DNA of 60,295 nt from an uncultured Pseudomonadales bacterium (GCA_964460975.1 CAYWTN010000004.1:1-60295), one strand, 5' to 3'; counted from the first letter of the stretch, positions 43,137-53,526 are shown. Numbers and translations are program-made. Notes: generated from the sequence alone by a model not told the origin.

Positions 43137-44921
43137 TTAGCGCTCCAGAACAGCGAGGAAAGCCTCTTGAGGAAGCTGGACATTCCCAATTTCCTTCATG
43201 CGGCGCTTACCCTTTTTCTGTTTTTCCAAAAGCTTCATACGACGAGTGGCATCACCACCATACAACTTGGCCGTCACATCTTTACGATAAGCCTGAACCG
43301 TTTCGCGGGCAATAATTTTTCCACCAATAGTTGCTTGAATAGGAACTTCAAACTGCTGACGAGGAATCACCTCTTTGAGCTTCTTGGCGATTGCGCGACC
43401 AGCCTGTTCGGCTTGATCTCGCACCACAATTTGCGAGAGCGCTTCGATCTCTTCATGCTGCACGAGAATGGAAACCTTCACCGCATTCACCAACCGATAC
43501 TCGCTGAGTTCATACTCCAAAGAGGCAAAACCAGAAGACACCGATTTGAGCTGATCATGAAAATGAATAATAATCTCGGAAAGCGGCAGTTCGTAACGCA
43601 TGCGCACTCGCGTTCCCACGTCGGTCATTTCGAGAAGCTTGCCACGGTGCTCATCACAGAGTTTCATCACGCTGCCAAGATAGCTCTTGGGAGTAAAAAG
43701 TGTACTCACCGTCATGGGCTCAAAAATTTCTTTGTACATTGAGGGATCCGGCAACTCGCCAGCATGGTGCACGTCTTCTATTGTTCCGTCGAGTTTGCGA
43801 ATCTGGTACGGCACCGAAGGCGAGGTGGCCACCAAATCGAGTCGGAACTCTCGCTCCAAACGCTCTTGAACGATTTCGGCATGCAAAATTCCCAAAAATC
43901 CCACCCGCATACCATTTCCCAAAGCGCGCGAGTGCGTGCCTTGGAACTGCAGCGCCGCGTCATGTAAACGCAACTTATTGAGCGCTTCCTGCAGAAGGAA
44001 AAAATCATCGCCGTCCACAGGATAAAGCTCCAAATACACCATGGGCTGCGGCGGATTATAGCCAGCGAGCGGTTCAATGCTTCCCATCTGAGAAAACTGC
44101 GTAATCGTGTCTCCAACCGAAACTTGAGCCACATCCTTGAGACCCGTAGCGATATAGCCCACTTGTCCCGCCTCTAACTGCGCCACCACTTTGCGTTGAG
44201 GAATGAACACACCAATTTCGGTGGGCGTGAGTCGCTGTTTGTTGGAAAACATCACCAGAGATTCTGGCCGCAGAATGCCAGAAACGACACGCACATACGC
44301 AATCACGCCTTGATGGGCATCATAAAGCGAAGTGAAAACCAGAGAGCGCAAAGGATCTTCATTTTTTCCTTGAGGGGCTGGAACGCGATCAACAATGGCA
44401 TCAAGCAGTTCTGGAATACCCTGCCCCGTCTTGGCCGAAACGAGGAAAATATCTTCTTCCGAAAAACCAAACGTCTCGATGAGCTCAAGCATCACCGTAT
44501 CTGGATCTGAAGCCGGCAAATCAATCTTATTGATGACCGGAATAATCACCAGATTTTGCGCTACCGCTTTCTCATAGTTGGCCAGAGTTTGAGCCTGCAC
44601 TCCTTGGGTTGCGTCCACAATGAGGAGGACGCCCTCGCAGGCCGCCAAAGAGCGTGAAACTTCATAGCTAAAATCCACGTGTCCAGGAGTATCAATGAGA
44701 TTGAGCTGAACAGGCTGCTTGGTTTGAGGATCCAGCCACGTCATTTGCACCGGCGCCAACTTAATAGTGATACCGCGTTCCTTCTCGATGGGATTGGAGT
44801 CCATCATTCGCTCGGTAAAGTCGCGACTCGCAATAGTCTGAGTAGCCTGCAAAAGACGATCGGTAAGTGTTGTCTTGCCGTGGTCAATGTGCGCGATGAT
44901 CGAAAAGTTGCGAATCTGCAT
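43137..44921 (-). CDS. lepA: translation elongation factor 4
   Basis: IRNFSIIAHIDHGKTTL, DTPGHVDF and NKID GTPase motifs, plus the LepA-specific C-terminal domain. Confidence 0.95.
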   Translation of the reverse strand: MQIRNFSIIAHIDHGKTTLTDRLLQATQTIASRDFTERMMDSNPIEKERGITIKLAPVQMTWLDPQTKQPVQLNLIDTPGHVDFSYEVSRSLAACEGVLLIVDATQGVQAQTLANYEKAVAQNLVIIPVINKIDLPASDPDTVMLELIETFGFSEEDIFLVSAKTGQGIPELLDAIVDRVPAPQGKNEDPLRSLVFTSLYDAHQGVIAYVRVVSGILRPESLVMFSNKQRLTPTEIGVFIPQRKVVAQLEAGQVGYIATGLKDVAQVSVGDTITQFSQMGSIEPLAGYNPPQPMVYLELYPVDGDDFFLLQEALNKLRLHDAALQFQGTHSRALGNGMRVGFLGILHAEIVQERLEREFRLDLVATSPSVPYQIRKLDGTIEDVHHAGELPDPSMYKEIFEPMTVSTLFTPKSYLGSVMKLCDEHRGKLLEMTDVGTRVRMRYELPLSEIIIHFHDQLKSVSSGFASLEYELSEYRLVNAVKVSILVQHEEIEALSQIVVRDQAEQAGRAIAKKLKEVIPRQQFEVPIQATIGGKIIARETVQAYRKDVTAKLYGGDATRRMKLLEKQKKGKRRMKEIGNVQLPQEAFLAVLER

Positions 44922-44982
44922 CGAGTGATTGTACCAAAGAACCAGCGTTTTCTCCTTGATGAAATGCTACAATACGCCTAAC

Positions 44983-45411
44983 ATGAAACGCCGATTGCTA
45001 ACATTCATCCTGGGGATGGCATTTTCCCTCTCTTCCTTTTTGCTCCTCGTTCAGCCCGTGCAGGCGCAAGCTATAACCAAAGAGTGGTCGAGCGAATGTT
45101 ACACGGGTATTCAGTACCGAGGAGTGCGTTTAGAAGCAGCAACCATCCAGGGATTTGAGTGCTTGGTGGCAAATATTTTGGCAACCGCTACGAGCTTTAT
45201 TGGAATGGCCGCCTTCATCATGATCATTTTTGGCGCATTCCTCTATCTCACTTCTGGCGGAAACAGCAGTGGTATAGAAACAGCAAAAAAATCCATGACC
45301 TACGGCATTATTGGCATAATTGTGGCACTCATGGCGTACTTTGTGATTGTTCTGCTCGCAGACTTTACGGGAGTGGAAAGCCTCAAAATGTTCAATCTCA
45401 CAATTGATTGA
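44983..45411 (+). CDS. TrbC/VirB2-like pilin (T4SS-type)
   Basis: Signal peptide (cleavage near VQA-QA), then two long hydrophobic helices separated by a short polar loop (LTSGGNSSGIETAKKS). About 140 aa, typical VirB2/TrbC architecture. Confidence 0.62.
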   Translation: MKRRLLTFILGMAFSLSSFLLLVQPVQAQAITKEWSSECYTGIQYRGVRLEAATIQGFECLVANILATATSFIGMAAFIMIIFGAFLYLTSGGNSSGIETAKKSMTYGIIGIIVALMAYFVIVLLADFTGVESLKMFNLTID

Positions 45412-45456
45412 TCTACCGACAAAGAAAAGATACAATACGAGAGAACTTCGCTTCAT

Positions 45457-47334
45457 ATGAAAAAGATTCTTGCTAGCCTCGTTTTTGCTTTGCTCTTCTC
45501 TTTTTCTCTGGTGCGTCCAGCTTTTGCGCAGGAGAGCTCTGTTGCCCAAGCTGCTCCAGAATCTGAAGTAATCGCCCCAACGCAAACAACTCCTTGTCCG
45601 GCTGGGAGCACTTCTCCAGAATGTCAGCAGACCGTTGGTGGTGTCACCCTCAGTCCTGGTGCGATCATTGAAGCTATCAATGCCCCCACCCCAAACTTAG
45701 CTAACACTACCGCCTACGTTTTCTACACTATTTCCGTACTCATCAACGGAACATTCGATCCAAGCGAAGAAAAGGTTCACATTACCGAGGGTCAAGCTTC
45801 TCGTCCTCCCAATGTACAACAAGCTCTCAATGAGAGCGGCGCTATTGGCGGCGTTGGATTCCTTATTTCTGAGCTCATTACCAACAAACCCGTCTCCGCT
45901 GGCACCTACGTGGCCGATGTCATGAACAACTCCCGCTTTGGTGTTACGCCAGCCTATGCCCAAGGTATTGGTTTTGCCGCACTGACGCCTGTTTTGGGAA
46001 CTTGGAAGGCATTTCGTGATATGGCTTATTACCTCCTCACCGTCATGTTTATGGTAACGGGTATTCTTATTCTCATTCGACACAAAATCAGCAGTAACAT
46101 GGCTGTAACCGTCCAAAATGCTCTTCCCCGCTTGGTTATCACCCTCATTCTTATTACATTCTCGTACGCCATTGCTGGAATGATTGTGGATCTTATGTTC
46201 CTTGTTTTGAGTTTCATTGTGAACGTTTTCCAGTCGCAAATTTTTGCGGAAGGTCCCATTAACAATACCGTGGGCGATGTGCGGAATCTTGCCTTTAACA
46301 CGCATCTTTTCTCGTTCACCATGGATTACGTTTTTGGAAGCCCGGGCAACCACAACTCCAACGCTTGGGAGGCATCCCGTGCAGTGGGACAAATAGTGTA
46401 CAGTGCCATCGAAAACGCCGCTGGTCTGTCTGGAGCTTTCTCGAATGACGGCTTCTTTGGTAATCTCTTTACCGGAATCCTCCAGCTTATTTTTGCGATT
46501 ATTTTTGGTATTGCTCTGCTCATTGCCATGTTCCGCGTCTTCTTTGCCCTCATCATGTCTTATGCCGGTTTTGTGATGAATGTAGTGCTGAGTCCGCTCA
46601 TTTTGCTCCAAGGTGCGGTTCCTGGAAAGGATCCGTTCCAAGATTGGGTAAAGAATCTTATTGGCGGCTTGGCTCCTTTTGTAGTCGTTGTCTTTATGAT
46701 TCTTATGTCTTTAGCTCTCACGGGTTCACACACTCGAGCTGGTATTGGTTATGACCAAGCCGCCCCAGCCGACTCTGGTCTCCGTCTCCCCCTCATTTTG
46801 GCTGGCGAAATCCCTGCGGAATCCTTCCTCGGTATCCTTGGTATGGGCTTTATGCTCCTCCTCCCCAACGCCGTTGAGATCTCCAAGAAGATCGTTGGCG
46901 CCAAGGGTGGCATCATGGACGAGTTCAAGGACAAGGCCGTGGGGAACTTTAAGAAAGGTATTACTGGTGACACAATGGTTCCTGGACTTGGATTCACTAA
47001 AATGCCTGGAGCTGAACGACTTTTGGTTGGCTCTGCCGCATCTCGAGCTGAAGAGCGCAAGAAAAAACCAGGTGAAAAGACCATTCCATCTCGTCTCTAC
47101 AATCAGGGTCCAGTTGGCGCTGGTTTTGATATAACAAAAACCTTTTTGGAAACACGCTATGCTGATTATCAATCAAGAAAACAAGGTTATCAGCCATCAA
47201 ATGATCCCACGAGTAAAACAGGTAGCACTACTATTGCCACACCAAACGTTAATCTCATTACCTCGAATCTTAGTGGAAATCAACAAACTACTCCACAAAC
47301 AAGACCGCCTGTGGGCAACAGCAGCACTCCATAA
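45457..47334 (+). CDS. VirB6/TrbL-like polytopic membrane protein
   Basis: Signal peptide, a periplasmic segment, 6 or more TM helices and a long polar/disordered C-terminal tail. Sits immediately downstream of the pilin-like gene. Confidence 0.55.
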   Translation: MKKILASLVFALLFSFSLVRPAFAQESSVAQAAPESEVIAPTQTTPCPAGSTSPECQQTVGGVTLSPGAIIEAINAPTPNLANTTAYVFYTISVLINGTFDPSEEKVHITEGQASRPPNVQQALNESGAIGGVGFLISELITNKPVSAGTYVADVMNNSRFGVTPAYAQGIGFAALTPVLGTWKAFRDMAYYLLTVMFMVTGILILIRHKISSNMAVTVQNALPRLVITLILITFSYAIAGMIVDLMFLVLSFIVNVFQSQIFAEGPINNTVGDVRNLAFNTHLFSFTMDYVFGSPGNHNSNAWEASRAVGQIVYSAIENAAGLSGAFSNDGFFGNLFTGILQLIFAIIFGIALLIAMFRVFFALIMSYAGFVMNVVLSPLILLQGAVPGKDPFQDWVKNLIGGLAPFVVVVFMILMSLALTGSHTRAGIGYDQAAPADSGLRLPLILAGEIPAESFLGILGMGFMLLLPNAVEISKKIVGAKGGIMDEFKDKAVGNFKKGITGDTMVPGLGFTKMPGAERLLVGSAASRAEERKKKPGEKTIPSRLYNQGPVGAGFDITKTFLETRYADYQSRKQGYQPSNDPTSKTGSTTIATPNVNLITSNLSGNQQTTPQTRPPVGNSSTP

Positions 47335-47370
47335 GATGAGGTTTCAAACAAGTCTTGAATTTAAGACAAT

Positions 47371-50300
47371 TTACTTTTTCTGATTAGAAAGAGGGTTGAT
47401 ACCAAAGGTATCTAATAACCCTGCACCACGACGAGTCTTTCTGATACGTTCGAGAGTTTCCATGGTCTTTGAAAAACGATCAATTTGACCAGTGACGGCA
47501 GCAGCCATCCAGTCTAACGCTACACCTGCTGCTTTAGATCCACTACTAATGCCATTTTGGGCATAAAAGAGAAGTAAAGTAGAACGAATTTCACTCATCG
47601 AGAAACCCCAAGTATCAGGATCCATTGGATCTTTTTTCATTTCCGATAAGGGATGTTCAAGAAAAGATTCAAATGATTGTGGCGTAATACCAGCTGAACG
47701 CTCAATAACCGCGATACTTTCATAGGTCACGCGAGCTAACTGAAGTGCATAAGCAGTGAATAAAGAAACTTCTGTCGCAATGTCTTCTGGCATATGAACG
47801 ATAACGTCTTTCGTTATCGTCTGGCGAAGCATTGAATCCTTATTCATATCTACAATAGTCTCTGCATCACCATCAGCAATCATATCTTCAGGACCATTAC
47901 GCGGGTACATAAACTGAGAAATATATTGACTCATAATGGTATAAAACATTTGATCAATCTCAAGAACAAATCTTGCTTTTTCTGCACGAGCCTTCATGGC
48001 TGATTTCACCTTGGGATCTGATGAAGCCATAAATTTTGCTTCAGACTCTTCTAAGACAGAGCGGGCAATAAAGGCACGATTGGACGCATAAAAAGGCGTT
48101 TGATTCCAATCAACAAAAATATTGGCAAATGCCCTTTCATTGATTCTCGGATAAATAAAATCCATACTTCTTCTTTTATCGTAGGTGAAGCCTAAAAAGT
48201 TATTATTACTATCATAATTTGGCTGAGGAAGTTTTATAGACTCCCCACCGGCAGCTGAACCTGAATAGTAAGTAAAGAGATTATCATTTAATTCTTTGAG
48301 TTTAGTAATGTTTGTAATTTTCTCGCCCAGTTCCGTTTCTTGAACCTGCACCATTGCCCGAGCAGCGTCAAAAATAAGTGTGGAAGGATTGCCACCCTTA
48401 AGATCAGACGAGAGTCTTGATTTAAGCAATTTCAATGTGGTCTCAGCTGCCGAAGGGCTCAGACCACTCATATTTTGCATAAAAGAAACCAAGCTTCTCA
48501 TAATGCTCAGTTGTGGAGCTGCTTTAACAGACCATTCAACTTTATCGGAGATTGGGTTGAATTCAGGGAATATCTTATCAGTCATTATTGTCTGCATAAA
48601 ATATTTATGCTCAAAACTTAGATACTTTGCATAGTTTTCTTTGATTGAGTCAGGCTGAATTGTTTCCCCCCAGCCATAAAGAGAGGCACCAGATTCCTCA
48701 TCAAACTGAGGAAGACGTGCTCTATGAAGAGCATCATAAAGAGAAATTTGGAGGGGGAGAAACTCTTTTCTCATTACTCCCGTACTACGTCTTTGAGAAA
48801 CAGAGGCAATCGATTCATTTATTTGAGGTGTTCTTCGAACAAGAATTTTATCTCCACCAGACTGGAAAGGAGTCTTTTCCTTTTTCACTTCGATTACAAT
48901 AAAATACTTTGCAATCTCATCAAAATCTATTTGGTTCTGATCATTTCTGTAAATCTTGTAGGGAACCTGTCCAAGAGCATCAAGAAACTCTTTACTCTTA
49001 TTTCTGTTTTCCCTGCTACCGTAGCGACCAACAAGGTAATTCTCAAAATAATCTTGAAGATCGGCGCTTGTTTGACCAATATGAACATCATCGTAATTCA
49101 CCATGGCATTCAAATGGATATACTCCATTGGGGAAAAATAGTATGTTCTTCTATCTGTTACACGAGGTGTTTTCCCTTTTGAAGTTTCACCTAAATGATA
49201 GGCTGTCTTTGCTGGAATACCGTTTTCATCACGAGAGTGATAAGTACTTGCATTTGTCCCTTCAGAAAAACTACTTTTGTAAGCCTTTTTATCGTAAACA
49301 AGTCCCTGAAAATAGGCCCAAGATATATCATACGCAGCCTGAAAAGCCCACTTCATCTGTGATTCTATGTAGTCAGAAGACATTGCTGCTATTTCTGGGT
49401 CAACATTTTTCTTATCTTCAATTCGTTCTCTAAGAATTCCAATAACTGATTGGTACATGTCATTTGGATCGACGTTGGTGTTCGGAAAACCAATAGGAAC
49501 AACTATTTTTTTGCCACGAGAAGAAACACTCAACCCACGATAGGATTTATCTAAAATATAAAGTATTTCATTAAGAAGCTCTGAGAACAAAGCATTATGA
49601 ACATCTTTTCTCTTACCATTTTCAATAGTTGATCCAGAAACAAGATGGAAAATCTTTTCTGGATCCATGGAATATCCATCTTTCGCAACAAGTTTAATAA
49701 TATCTTCTTCACTGGCTTTTGTATTTGATGCCGGAATTATTTCGAGAACATCTTTTGCTTGGTTAGAAACAGTAGCAAAGTCTTCAACAATTTTTCTTGC
49801 CTCACCAAAAAATGATCTGATTCCTTCTGGAAGCTCGTTCTGCCAATCGTCTAAAGACAAAGGGTCCTTTTGTGAAACACGCTGGGGGTTATCAATAAAT
49901 TTATCAGAACCTGGATGCCATTTACCAGCTGTTCGGAGTCGTTTGTTTTTTGCTACAAAATTATCTTTGGCGATATCATCCATGATGACATCCATCCAGG
50001 CCATCAGATATTGATGAAAATCCCGAATAATCTTCATCCGTTCTTGAGAAGAATAACTTTTTTCATCTCTTGTAAGGATGCCCTCGATATTAAGAAAATC
50101 CTCACCAACCAAGGAACGTCCTTTTCGTACAAAAAAAGCAAAGTTTCCATTACCCTCTGCAATGTCTTGAGAGTTTTCTTGTACTGCTATGGTTGGTGAT
50201 TCTGGAACAATAGGCTTATCAAAATCACCAATAATTTCATTGAGTAATCGTATAAAATCCTCAACAATGGCGTGAAGCTCTTCGGGATAGTGTAAGAAAA

Positions 50301-50517
50301 GTGAGAAGGCAAGAGAATCAGTTTTTTCCCTTGCCATGACATCATTACCGTCAAGGACCGATTTTGCAATTTCCGTAATTGCCGTAGTGATCATTGAATC
50401 ACTGAGTTTAAAACGCTCGATCTTTGCAAGATCTTCTGATGAAACTTTTCCACGCAACTGATCCGCAAGACTATGCAGATTAAACTTTTTGGCTGCTTCT
50501 GACCGAGGACTGGACAT
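47371..50517 (-). CDS. large orphan protein (1048 aa), soluble, no recognised domain
   Basis: Uninterrupted 3.1-kb ORF with a GAGG RBS. No signal peptide or TM helix. AT-rich relative to the flanks. Confidence 0.75.
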   Translation of the reverse strand: MSSPRSEAAKKFNLHSLADQLRGKVSSEDLAKIERFKLSDSMITTAITEIAKSVLDGNDVMAREKTDSLAFSLFLHYPEELHAIVEDFIRLLNEIIGDFDKPIVPESPTIAVQENSQDIAEGNGNFAFFVRKGRSLVGEDFLNIEGILTRDEKSYSSQERMKIIRDFHQYLMAWMDVIMDDIAKDNFVAKNKRLRTAGKWHPGSDKFIDNPQRVSQKDPLSLDDWQNELPEGIRSFFGEARKIVEDFATVSNQAKDVLEIIPASNTKASEEDIIKLVAKDGYSMDPEKIFHLVSGSTIENGKRKDVHNALFSELLNEILYILDKSYRGLSVSSRGKKIVVPIGFPNTNVDPNDMYQSVIGILRERIEDKKNVDPEIAAMSSDYIESQMKWAFQAAYDISWAYFQGLVYDKKAYKSSFSEGTNASTYHSRDENGIPAKTAYHLGETSKGKTPRVTDRRTYYFSPMEYIHLNAMVNYDDVHIGQTSADLQDYFENYLVGRYGSRENRNKSKEFLDALGQVPYKIYRNDQNQIDFDEIAKYFIVIEVKKEKTPFQSGGDKILVRRTPQINESIASVSQRRSTGVMRKEFLPLQISLYDALHRARLPQFDEESGASLYGWGETIQPDSIKENYAKYLSFEHKYFMQTIMTDKIFPEFNPISDKVEWSVKAAPQLSIMRSLVSFMQNMSGLSPSAAETTLKLLKSRLSSDLKGGNPSTLIFDAARAMVQVQETELGEKITNITKLKELNDNLFTYYSGSAAGGESIKLPQPNYDSNNNFLGFTYDKRRSMDFIYPRINERAFANIFVDWNQTPFYASNRAFIARSVLEESEAKFMASSDPKVKSAMKARAEKARFVLEIDQMFYTIMSQYISQFMYPRNGPEDMIADGDAETIVDMNKDSMLRQTITKDVIVHMPEDIATEVSLFTAYALQLARVTYESIAVIERSAGITPQSFESFLEHPLSEMKKDPMDPDTWGFSMSEIRSTLLLFYAQNGISSGSKAAGVALDWMAAAVTGQIDRFSKTMETLERIRKTRRGAGLLDTFGINPLSNQKK

Positions 50518-50543
50518 ACCTTACCTCAATTATACTACGAAGG

Positions 50544-51815
50544 CTAGAGAATCTCTGCTAGCAATCTATGAATTGTTGCTGAATTTATAAGATCTTTTTG
50601 ATCTTCGCTCAATGATATTTTTTCCACAGGCGGCACAACTCCATGCATTTCCCCCTTCATCCATTTCACTAGAGTATTCTGAGAAGTACTAAACGCCTTG
50701 CCTTGGAAAATCTTCGTAAGGATAAATTTCCCATGTGTTCCCGAAAAAAACTTAAGAGCATTTTCTCGTTCTTCGGCATCATCAAGATTTAAGTGCTTTT
50801 CAACTTCTTGACGATCTTCTTCAGAGAGTACGTCAGGGACATGTTTAAGCACTTCACTCATTAAACTACTAATGAGTCCATACTTAGCATCAGCATTCCC
50901 AGAAATCGATCTCTTAATGCTGTCAAATATGGAGCGCTGATCTTGATCCATCTCAGGAACATTCCAACTATCATAACCGCGAGAGTATTGTCCATCTTTC
51001 TGTAAAAAGAAAGCATCGGTAAAATCAGAAAAACTATTGTTTGGGTTCGCAACAACATACAGCATCATCCGCTTAACAAAGTCATCTTTTTTCTTTTGTT
51101 CATCATTAGGAATATCTTCATTATCTACACCCTTTTCATCTTGAGATTCTGATGTAACTTGGTTTTCAGCTTCCTCTTCCATCAAGCTCTCCAGAATCTC
51201 GTCCAGGGTTACGGTATCTTGCAAGAGCTGTCTTTTGTCGGCATCTTTGAGTGCTTTAAATTCGTCTTCAGTAACGGGAATGCCTCTATCTTCCAATAGG
51301 CTTATGGTTATTTCCTGACCACGAATAAGGTTCTTTTCTGTAAAATCAATCAGTTCTGCATCCATATTCTTGAGGAAAGCATCAACTTCATCAGGCTTCA
51401 AGGCATCACCCGCGAGGCCAGCCTTTTCATGGATCATCGGAACAATGGCATTAGCCCTTTGCGCTTCTCTTGCATTAAACTCTTCAAGTTTTCTTAATAC
51501 TTCTTCTGCATAAACGGGGCCAGTTTTGTCTTCTTTTCCCGCATAAACGAGATCGCGTCCACGACCAACAATTCGCTCTTTCCATTCTTGAGGAGTGACT
51601 TCTTCTCCTAAGTCGGCGACATGATCTTCAATAACTGCTTTTTTATTGTCCTCAGGAATTTCTTCGAACTTTCCTTCAACAATGTCTTCGGGAACTATCT
51701 TTTTAGATTCGTCTAAACCTTTTTGTTGTTCCTCAGTAAGACCCACTTCAACAATAGGTTCTTTAGAAACTGGCTCGCGATAAATTTCCATGGAAGAAGT
51801 TTGACCATCTGGCAT
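50544..51815 (-). CDS. acidic orphan protein (423 aa), no recognised domain
   Basis: Uninterrupted ORF 26 nt upstream of the 1048-aa gene. Very Glu/Asp/Lys-rich and AT-rich. Confidence 0.7.
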   Translation of the reverse strand: MPDGQTSSMEIYREPVSKEPIVEVGLTEEQQKGLDESKKIVPEDIVEGKFEEIPEDNKKAVIEDHVADLGEEVTPQEWKERIVGRGRDLVYAGKEDKTGPVYAEEVLRKLEEFNAREAQRANAIVPMIHEKAGLAGDALKPDEVDAFLKNMDAELIDFTEKNLIRGQEITISLLEDRGIPVTEDEFKALKDADKRQLLQDTVTLDEILESLMEEEAENQVTSESQDEKGVDNEDIPNDEQKKKDDFVKRMMLYVVANPNNSFSDFTDAFFLQKDGQYSRGYDSWNVPEMDQDQRSIFDSIKRSISGNADAKYGLISSLMSEVLKHVPDVLSEEDRQEVEKHLNLDDAEERENALKFFSGTHGKFILTKIFQGKAFSTSQNTLVKWMKGEMHGVVPPVEKISLSEDQKDLINSATIHRLLAEIL

Positions 51816-51859
51816 ATGTACTCAAGATACCAGGTTATGAGTCATTCGCCAAATACCAC

Positions 51860-51897
51860 TTGCCACTCTCCCACAATTGTGGGTATAGTGTGGATAA
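51860..51897 (+). promoter_or_regulatory. candidate dnaA promoter (TTGCCA-18-TATAGT) overlapped by a perfect DnaA box
   Basis: TTGCCA at 51860-51865 and TATAGT at 51884-51889. tgtggataa at 51889-51897 is the reverse complement of TTATCCACA. Confidence 0.45.
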
Positions 51898-51939
51898 CTC
51901 TTTTTCTGCCCCAGGAAATATCTTGAGTGAGTTATCAAT

Positions 51940-53526
51940 ATGTCACAACTAGAACCCAAGATGGTTTGGGCGGAGGTTCTCAAAGAGCTTTCTCAGACCA
52001 TGTCATCATCATCTTTTTCCACGTGGGTAAAGCCTCTGGATCTGCGCGCCATCGATTTGGTTGGCGAAGCACACGCCATTGTGCACATCACCGCCATGAG
52101 TCCGTACGTTGCCCAACAAGCCGAACTGCGCTGCTATGCCCAGATTAAAAATATCATCGACCGAGTAACGGGTCGAGCTTGCGACCTCTCTTTTGGCGAA
52201 CCAGCAGGACAATCCCCCACATTACAGCCAATCCACTCCAATCCTTTGCCCAGCGCACCAGAACCGATCGTTCACCAAACACCTTTTGCGCCGCAGCCGG
52301 AGTTGGCGGCTGCTACGCCAGATACAGCAGCCACATCGCCCCTTTTCTCTCCAGGCAGTGGGAGTCATGGCAATCAACCCGCCAGCAATCTTCGCTCGCA
52401 AATGACAGGAAGCAAACAAGCCAGCGAACCACTTTCCCTTTTTGCACCAGCCGCTATTCGCATGCCAACAGTGGATCGCTACAAGCTGGCCGCCCAAAAA
52501 GCCCATCTGCGCGAGGACTTTACCTTCGATTCCTTCGCCGTGAGCGGATCCAACGAAATGGCCTATGCCGCCGCCAGTGCCGTGGCTCAGACGCCGGGCG
52601 CTGTCTACAACCCGCTCTTTTTATGGGGCGGCGTGGGCGTGGGAAAGACGCACCTCATGCAGTCAATCGGAAATGTTATTTTGCGCCAGAACCCAGAAAC
52701 GAGGATTAATTACTGCATGGGCGAAGAGTTTCTCAATGAGATTATTGGCGCCATTCGCAACAAAAAAACGCTGGAATTTAAGGAACGCTACCGCCAACTC
52801 AACGTGCTACTTATCGACGACATCCAGTTCATTGCCGGCAAAGATACCGCGCAGGAAGAATTTTTCCATACGTTTAATGCGATTACTCGGGCGGGCGGAC
52901 AGATTATTATGACCTCAGACCGCCCGCCCCACGAGATCCATCCATTAGAAGACCGCCTCCGCTCTCGTTTTGAAGGAGGACTCACTATCGATATCCAGCA
53001 GCCCACCTTTGAGCTTCGCACCGCCATCCTGCTCATTAAGGCACAAAAACTGGCTTTGGAACTGCCCATGAACCTGGCGCAGATTATTGCCAGTGAAGTG
53101 GAAAGCACCAGAAAGCTGGAAGGCGTGGTTTTTAAGCTGCACAGCGCCCACCGATTCCAGAATAAGCCGCTCGACGAGAACTTAGTGAGAATGGTTCTGG
53201 GACAAGAGTCCAAACCGGTCATTACTCGTCAAAATGTCAAACCATCAAGTATTGTGCGGGCGGTGACGTCGCACTTCCACGTCAGTGCCAACACGCTGCG
53301 CGGTGAGTCTCGCAAACGCGAGTACGTTACCGCCCGCCACATTGCCATGTACCTTATGAAGTCGGAACTCGATGTCCCTTACGCTGAGATCGGACACACG
53401 TTTGGCGGACGAGACCATTCATCAGTCATGCACGCTGTTGCCAAAATTGAAAAAGACATGAAGGAAAACTCCACGCTCAATCAGCACATTTCGGCTATTC
53501 GAGTTTCCCTTTCCGCCCTCTCCTAA
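51940..53526 (+). CDS. dnaA: chromosomal replication initiator protein DnaA
   Basis: AAA+ motifs (NPLFLWGGVGVGKTHL, LLIDDIQF) and a C-terminal DNA-binding domain (ARHIAMYL ... GGRDHSSV). Long Pro/Ala/Ser-rich domain II linker. Confidence 0.95.
   Translation: MSQLEPKMVWAEVLKELSQTMSSSSFSTWVKPLDLRAIDLVGEAHAIVHITAMSPYVAQQAELRCYAQIKNIIDRVTGRACDLSFGEPAGQSPTLQPIHSNPLPSAPEPIVHQTPFAPQPELAAATPDTAATSPLFSPGSGSHGNQPASNLRSQMTGSKQASEPLSLFAPAAIRMPTVDRYKLAAQKAHLREDFTFDSFAVSGSNEMAYAAASAVAQTPGAVYNPLFLWGGVGVGKTHLMQSIGNVILRQNPETRINYCMGEEFLNEIIGAIRNKKTLEFKERYRQLNVLLIDDIQFIAGKDTAQEEFFHTFNAITRAGGQIIMTSDRPPHEIHPLEDRLRSRFEGGLTIDIQQPTFELRTAILLIKAQKLALELPMNLAQIIASEVESTRKLEGVVFKLHSAHRFQNKPLDENLVRMVLGQESKPVITRQNVKPSSIVRAVTSHFHVSANTLRGESRKREYVTARHIAMYLMKSELDVPYAEIGHTFGGRDHSSVMHAVAKIEKDMKENSTLNQHISAIRVSLSALS

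Noticed and set aside
42213-43742. 254-aa and 240-aa plus-strand ORFs
   Set aside because: Antisense to recF and lepA respectively.
45697-46641. 314-aa minus-strand ORF
   Set aside because: Antisense to the VirB6/TrbL-like membrane protein. The translation lacks any coherent features.
49168-49191. Walker-A-like string GETSKGKT in the 1048-aa orphan protein
   Set aside because: It fits GxxxxGK[ST], but it lacks the preceding hydrophobic beta-strand and any identifiable Walker B or sensor motifs downstream. It is treated as a chance match. A profile or structure search should still test it.
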